Assembly: GCA_964016885.1 (NCBI GenBank)
Contig: OZ024759.1
Span: 1 to 64,000, forward strand
Source of the DNA: Eledone cirrhosa
Lineage: Eukaryota
Direction: 5' to 3'
Length of the DNA: 64,000 bases
Shown: piece after piece, positions 56,577-64,000 of the stretch
Layout: each line of letters begins with the position of its first letter
How positions within the stretch are numbered: the stretch's first letter is position 1
Made by a program: the position numbers and the translations under genes
The notes under the pieces: model-generated
Databases searched by the model: none
What the model saw: the letters and a program-made list of their open reading frames with translations, nothing else
Told to the model about the DNA's origin: nothing

Positions 56577-56772
56577 ATATATATATATACATAGACATAT
56601 ATATATATATATATATATAGACATATATATATATATATATATACATAGACATATATATATATATATATACACATAGACATATATATATATATATATATAT
56701 ACACATAGACATATATATATACACATATATATATATATATATATACATAGACATATATATATATATATAGAC

Positions 56773-56803
<31 letters not shown>

Positions 56804-56925
56804 GACATATATATATATATATATACACATAGACATATATATATATATATATATATACACATAGACATATATATATACACATATATATATATATATATAT
56901 ACATAGACATATATATATATATATA

Positions 56926-56963
<38 letters not shown>

Positions 56964-56987
56964 GACATATATATATATATACACATA

Positions 56988-57079
<92 letters not shown>

Positions 57080-57140
57080 GACATATATATATATATATAT
57101 ATACACATAGACATATATATATATATATATACACATAGAC

Positions 57141-57172
<32 letters not shown>
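56577..57172. repeat. (TA)n with CATAGAC interruptions
   Basis: Seen directly. Confidence 0.95.
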
Positions 57173-57173
<1 letters not shown>

Positions 57174-57174
57174 G

Positions 57175-60100
57175 ATATCATCATCATCATCATCATTTCA
57201 TATTACGTCCACTTTTCCCTGCTTGCAAGGGTGGTGTGGATGGGGTGGGGGTAGTGGGACGGGGGGGGGGGATTGTTAGAGGTGCCTACTGAGTGTAGGT
57301 TTCGCTTTGTACTTAGGCAAGGCGGCACTTTGTATTACTGTGAATCGCCAAAGATCTTGGTCCAGTGACATTGTCTTGGAGAGGTGTAAGTGTGTGAGGT
57401 CGGAATTTATCAGGTCGTCCCAGGTTTTTCTGGGTCTGCCTACTCCGTGGCTACCGTCTATCTTTATTGCCCTGCAATTTTTTATACAGCTGTCGTCTTT
57501 CATTCACATCACGTGACCGTACCAACGTAGTCTTCTCTCGATTAAACAACATCTGATCCCTCTTATTCCTAATTTCTCACTTAGTTTGTTTATGCTTTGC
57601 CGTTCACGTATATTACTATTACACATCCAGCGGAGCATGCATGCTTCGTTCCTCTCCAGTCTGCGTATATCCTCTGCACACAATGCCCAGATCTCACTGC
57701 CATGTAACATTGCTGTTCGTATGCAGGCATCATACAGCCTGCCTTTCATTTTTAGAGAGAACCCTTTAGCGGCCAATAGTGGTATAAGCTCTCTGAACTT
57801 TTTCCATCCCGTTCTGACTCTAGCTACTGTACTTTCAGAGCACCCTCCCCAGCTGCTGATTTTGTCACCCAGGTAACGGAAGGTGTCAACTATTTCTATA
57901 GAACCATCTGTGCAATGGAATGAGCTAGTATTCTGTGGGCACTTGCTGCTACTTATTGCACCAGAGCACCAGCCACATATAAAATCTATATTCTTAGTAA
58001 GCTTACCTGTGATCCCACTACATCATTTATGTACCTATAGTTTGCATTTGGGACATAAAATGGAGTTTCTGCCTACTCCTTTCCTACACACTGAGCATGG
58101 CCATTTCCCAGATGGGACCGGTGCCCTATTTTCCTTCCTACAAACTAGAACTTTAGTCTTAGACAAGTTAACTTTAAGGCCTTTTGATTCTAGGCCATGC
58201 TTCCATGTTTGGAATTTCTTCTCTAGTTCAGCCATTGATTCAGCTATGAGCGTTAGATCATCTGCATATAGGAGTTCCCATGGGCAGCCGGTCTTGAACT
58301 CCTCTGTTATAACCTGAAGGGCAATAATAAATAGTAGGAGGCTAAGAAAGGAGCCCTGATGAACACCAACTTTTACGCTAAACTCTTCACTATATTCGTT
58401 ATTAATTCTAACCTTGCTGGCTGTTTCTTTATACATGGCTTGTATAGCTCTCACAAGCCATTCATCAACACCTAGTTTTCTAAGAGCCCACCAGATAATG
58501 GAGCGGGGGACTCTGTCAAAGGCTTTCTCCAAGTCAACAAAAGCTAAGTATAGGGGTTTACTTTTAGCTAGGTACTTCTCCTGTAGTTGTCGTACAATGA
58601 AAAGAGCGTCTGTGGTACTTTTACCTGACACAAACCTGAACTGCATTTCATCTAGATCAATTCGTTCTCTGGTTAGTTGCGCTATTACTTTTTCTGTGAC
58701 CTTCATGACCTGATCGATTAATTTAATGCCTCTATAGTTACCCCTATCAAGAGCATCTCCTTTACCCTTGTAGCAGTTAATGATGATGTTGCTATGCCAG
58801 TCCTTCGGAATGGCCCCATTCTGTATGACTTGGTTAACTATCCGGGTGACCATAGTGTGTCCCACCGTTCCAGATGCTTTCAGCATTTCAGCAACTATTT
58901 ACGAAGGCCCAGCCACCTTACCCATCTTCATATCTTTGATTGCCTTACTTATTATACTACCTTCAACTTGCACTGCTGGTCCCTCTATTGGATCGATGTG
59001 GGGGAGACTATCTTTCTCCTATTTATTCTCCTCATTTAGTAGCCTTTCGTAGTGACACTTCCAAGCTATCTTCTTATCAGCGTCAGTGATGGCAAGTACA
59101 CCATCATCATTAAGGACACACTTCTCCCCGACAATATCACGGTTTTCCTTGACACATTGCCCAGCAATCCTGAACACCCCACGTTTTTGATCCTCGCGTT
59201 ATAGAACATGCTTGAACTTTCTTTCCTCTGCTTCCCTTCTTGCGAAGTACACTTGTCTCCTAGCTTCCCTCCTGGCCACTTGATAGTCTTCTCTACTTCC
59301 CCCAACCCGCCATACTTTCGAAGCCTGCTTTTTGGCCTTAATTGACTCCTCCACTTTACTATTCCACCACCACATTACTCTCCTCCTGCCTATAGGCCTG
59401 CTCCAGCCACAGACTTCATCTGCCGCCTTCAGTAGATTAGTTTTCAGGAATCCCCACTGTTCCTCTATATTGTACGACTCTAATTGCTCTTCCTTACTGT
59501 GGAAAGCATCAAGTAATATGCTTTAAATTTATTACTGGCTGTGGGGTCCTTTAGCTTCCATATTTTTCTCCTAAGGATAGTCCTCCTCTGTTGTCGAGTA
59601 CGTCTCGTCCTGACTATGAGGTCGCTAACTGTGAGGCTATGTTGGGAGGTGCATTCTTCATGGGGGAGGGATTTAGTGTTTACAACAGACACTCTATTAC
59701 ATCTTCTGTCAAGGATATAATCTATCTGACTGGCGTGTTCCCCTGATCTATAGGTGATCAAGTGATTGTCTCATTTTTTGAAGTTAGTGTTACAGATAGT
59801 TAGGTTATTTGCGTCGCAGAATTCCAGGATTCTGGAGCCTTCCTCATTTCTAGTACCAAACCCATTGCCTCCATGGATTCCGTCATAGCCATCACAATGT
59901 TGTCCAACGTGACCATTTAGGTCGCCAGCAATAATTATGTAGTCACTGTCGGTTATTTGGGAGGTAGTGAGCATCAATGTCTCATAGAATCTGTCTTTGA
60001 TAGCACCAGGCAGTCCGGTTTGCGGTGCATACGCAGATATTACTGTCACAGTAGTTCTATTTAGGACAAGTCTTATTTTAATTATTCTGTCGTTCACTCT

Positions 60101-60790
60101 ATTTACGTCTATTATCTTATCTACCCATTTTTCTGCTAACATGATACCTACTCCACCTAGCCCATTGTCATTTCCCACCCAGAAAAGCTTATAGCATCGT
60201 TTTTTTACCCACAATGAATCTAGCAGACCCACCCCTCCACCTGGTCTCTTGGATACAGCAAACATCAACCTCCTTACGTTCAAGCATTTCTACAACCTCA
60301 TTAGAGCGACCTTTTAAGGTGCCTACATTCATGGTACCAACTCTGAAGTTTTGGATTGCGTTTGGTGGGTGGGAACGGTGGGGCGCGGGGAGGGATGGGG
60401 TTGGGGTTATGTTGGCCATCCGCGGCCGAAACAAAGAGGAGGATTCCTTGTCTTTTCGTCCGGCAGCATGTGGTGAATTTGTCTTTATCTTTGGCATTGT
60501 CACTGAGTGTCCAGATTTTTCAAACTCTCCAGAATTCCTTAGTCCATCCATCATATCGGCAAGCAACCAGAAGTGATAGCATAGGCTACTGACTTATGAT
60601 TAGTCCTAATAATAATTGTGGAGAGTGGGGGGTGGGGGGAGGGGTATGGGGTAGTTAGCGAGAGGGTTTAAATGAAATCTTCGAATTTTGGGCATAATTG
60701 GACAAGCATATAACAGTAATAATAAGCGAATAATGGGGTTTTAAAATACAAGAAGATTATTTAGAAACAACCAGACAGAATTATAGAATA
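57175..60790 (-). mobile_element. Near full-length degenerate RTE-clade LINE (APE, RT, PHD-like finger)
   Basis: RVGTMNVGTL, CCIQETRW, SAYAPQ, AGDLNGHVG, QIDYIL and RT motifs; several stops and frameshifts. Confidence 0.92.
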
Positions 60791-60812
60791 GAATATATAC
60801 ACATAGACATGT

Positions 60813-60871
<59 letters not shown>

Positions 60872-60875
60872 GAAG

Positions 60876-60928
60876 GAGCTTCTACAGGACTAGTACTGTT
60901 TCATTCAGATGAAATCTTCAGGAAGCTC
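60876..60928 (-). ncRNA. Type I hammerhead ribozyme (family E)
   Basis: GAGCTTC-CTGAAGA-T-TTCA(TC)TGAA-T-GAAA-CAG(TACTAGTC)CTG-TA-GAAGCTC; perfect 7-bp stem I. Confidence 0.82.
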
Positions 60929-61504
60929 GGTGTCATATTAAGTTCTGGTATTTATACATTTAGGTAGTGGTAAGGGAGGGGTGGTGGATTGGGGGGGGGG
61001 GGGGGGTGAATGGTATTTAGATACATAGGACCACTTCATGGCACAGGCCGTTTTTTCTTTGGGGAGTGGTCAATTAGCCAGAGTGCTTTTTGAAATAAAT
61101 AAATAAGTAAATAAATAAATAAATGAATAAATAAATAAAAAATAAAAAATAAATAAATAAAAAAAAGTAATTCAACAGATATATAGTAGGGAAATTTTTT
61201 AGGTGGGTTGGTAATAGAAGATAAACAAGACCGAATCATGGCACAGACTGGGGTGAGTGGTCAAGTTAACATACAAGCCACAGGTGGCCAGAGTGTTTTT
61301 GTAGAATGGAAAGAATAAAATATATTTACATACTCACAACCACATACAAAAACACTTACACACACACATACATACCTATATATATATATATATATATATA
61401 GGAACCAGTAAGACCCCGACAGCTGAGCTCACTTTTTACTAGGTTGTCTAATATATTTTTTTCTTGTGTATATATGTATATATGTGTATGTGTATACGCA
61501 CACA

Positions 61505-61576
<72 letters not shown>

Positions 61577-61601
61577 CACACCTACACATTCACACACACA
61601 T

Positions 61602-61664
<63 letters not shown>

Positions 61665-61699
61665 TGTGTGCGTATACACATACACATATATACATATAT

Positions 61700-62720
61700 A
61701 CACAAGAAAAAAATATATTAGACAACCTAGTAAAAAGTGTCTCCATTAGGATATCTAGCCTCGCCGCCAATGAAGATATCTTTAGAGCAGCAGCCCCCTA
61801 TTACAACGAGGCCCTGGCCCGCAGCGGCTTTAGAGATAAGATCACCTACCTAACTATAGCCCCACGCCCACCCACGAAGAATAGGCGAAGGCACATTAGC
61901 TGGTACAACCCCCCCTTCAACCGAGAAGTTTCAACACCTGTAGCTAAAATTTTCTTCACTCTCTTACAAAAACACTTCCCCACCCAACATAGGTACTATA
62001 CAATCCTTAATAAGAATACCATTAGACTCTCTTACTCTACCACACCTAATCTAGCTAGAAACTTAGCCAACAACAACATCAAGAAGCTAAATAAGTCTAC
62101 TTTTTCCGAAGCCCATCCAGCAACCGATAGCAACTGCAATTGCCCTGATAAGACTACCTGCCCTCTCAACAACAACTGTCTAAAAAAAGATCTCGTGTAT
62201 ACATGCGATGTACTCTCAGGCCCGGATGAAAAAAGAAACTCGTACATCGGGATGACTTCTAACAGTTTTAAGACTCGCTGGTACGCCCACACACATTCGT
62301 TCCGGCGCCCAGACAAATCTAACCAAACAACACTCGCCGCCCACATCTGGCACCTAAAAAGGAACTCCATCCCCTTCAAGACCCAATGGAGACTACTCCA
62401 GAGAGCGCGATCATACACGGGAGGCCATAATTGCTGTGACCTCTGTATCTCCGAGAGCTATGAGATTCTATTCGCCAAAGGCCCTCTCCTCAACAAGATC
62501 TCGGAACACTCCCCTAATTGCATGCACAAGAACTATGCAAATTACAAAAACTACAGACCCACCAGGCCCCGCGACTGAGCCCCCCCCATACCACCACCCC
62601 ACCCCCGTCCCCCATCCCACTTCCATCCCTCCATCTCTCATTATTACCCTCTTTCCTCCCCTCTATCTCTCATTATTACCTTCTTTCCTCCCCTCCAGGT
62701 CTTATATATTGTGTTGTATG
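61700..62720 (+). mobile_element. 5'-truncated Naiad-like PLE (thumb and GIY-YIG, stop at 62578) with an inverted 5' segment at 61399-61575
   Basis: RISSL..YYNEALARSG, WYNPPF, CNCPDKTTCPLNNNCL..LVY...YIGMT, CDLC, CMH. Confidence 0.88.
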
Positions 62721-63091
62721 CCTCTGAGTAAAGTTCCGTGGCCGCACACACAAATTCACGTACATACCTGCTCATGTTTGCATACGTGCAGTTATGAACT
62801 GCTGCACGCACACGTTCATGATTTATTTATCTATTTAACTGTATATTTATTTATTTATTTATTTATTTTATTTATTTATTTAGTTATTTTATTTACTTAT
62901 TTATTTATTTATCCATTTATTTATTTATTTGTTTATTTATTTACTTATTTACTGGTTTATTTGTTTATCTGTTTGTTTGTTTGTTAGTTAACTCATTCAT
63001 TTATTTATTAATTTATGAGTGAATGATTAGGTAATGAATAGATAAGGGATAAAAGATAGGTAACGAATAGCGAATGGTAAATAATAAGTAA

Positions 63092-63400
63092 TCTATATAT
63101 ATAAAACTGGTTGTCTGTCTGTCTATCGATTTTTGGCACACATCTCCTCTTAGAATCTCTCACGGAATTGCACCGAAATTGCTATACTTGTACATTGAGC
63201 CCTAGCGAAGACATCGGAAAAAAAATATTTCAAATTGACCCGCCCTATCTGACGAAATCGAATATAATGTATCGATTTTTGAGCGTAAGTGATCAGTTAT
63301 TTCCCTTTGTTCTGTTTACATTGAGCGTCTGCGTGCAAAAATTAAAAAAAAATTACGCTGGCTTTCTCAGCATTTAAAATGACATTAACACAATAATTTT
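63092..63400 (+). mobile_element. Possible non-autonomous Helitron 5' portion
   Basis: A|TCTATATATATAAAA followed by (GTCT)n, as in Helitron-type 5' ends; no 3' CTAG end identified. Confidence 0.4.
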
Positions 63401-63622
63401 TACTTGAAAACAAGTCTATTTAAAGACTACGTAAAACAAGCAAATATTTCGTAAAAAAAAGCAAAAATTATATAAGTTTATTTAAAATATATGTATTTAT
63501 GAACTGATAAATAATAGATAAATAAATCATGAACATGTGCGTGCAGCAGTTCATAAAATATATGTATCTGTAAATTTCGTTACGCGTGCAGTCAGTTTTA
63601 TATATATAGATGATAAACAATA

Positions 63623-64000
63623 ATATCCTCTATGAGGTCACTAAACCTGCTAGAAACAGCAGCTAACTCTCCCTCATATCACACCACTCCCTACTGTCTT
63701 AAATTTAGAAAACATATCCTCTATGAGGTCACTAAACCTGCTAGAAACAGCAGCTAACTCTCCCCCATATCACACCCCTCTCTACTGTCTTAAATTTAGA
63801 AAACACATATCTTCTATGAGGTCACTAAACCTGCTAGAAACAGCAGCTAACTCTCCCTCATATCACACCACTCCCTACTGTCTTAAATTTAGAAAACACA
63901 TATCCTCTATTAGGTCACTAAATCTGCTAGAAACAGCAGCTAACTCTCCCTCATATCACACCCCTCCCTACTGTCTTAAATTTAGAAAACATATCCTCTA
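63623..64000. repeat. 91-93-bp minisatellite, at least 4 copies, continues beyond window end
   Basis: ATATCCTCTATGAGGTCACTAAACCTGCTAGAAACAGCAGC... repeated. Confidence 0.95.

Larger units (their letters stand above)
52777..56577 (+). mobile_element. Penelope-like element of a second clade, interrupted by an RTE insertion
   Basis: RT: PALYGLRKYHK, SMDVVSLYPSI, EGAAIG, RYVDD (52777-54096); GIY-YIG: NVVYSIRC...YIGETARS (55452-56105); 3' hammerhead; ends in (TA)n. Confidence 0.9.

Overview
AT-rich eukaryotic, transposon-saturated DNA. The SINE/LINE repertoire and long (TA)n tracts suggest a cephalopod such as Octopus; this is an inference. The only host coding sequence I can support is a terminal exon of a PM20D2-like M20 peptidase (15832-15977). 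Bases 1-15.8 kb hold a 41-bp minisatellite with two near-identical Tx1/L1-clade LINEs in an ~8.46-kb tandem duplication; their lesions are complementary and each has a candidate 5'-UTR intron. The rest is nested CR1, RTE, R4-like and Penelope-like (PLE; RT + GIY-YIG) elements, tRNA-derived SINEs, and micro- and minisatellites. The most striking signal is about 20 type I hammerhead ribozyme motifs from at least 7 sequence families, including non-canonical cores (U3-A8 and A4/G4). They sit in PLE terminal repeats and in ORF-less 0.1-0.6 kb asymmetric hairpin elements embedded in (TA)n. These elements show two fixed end points per family and share a TTGAGYRCY-like tail motif across unrelated families. 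All ribozyme folds were paired by eye and not computed.
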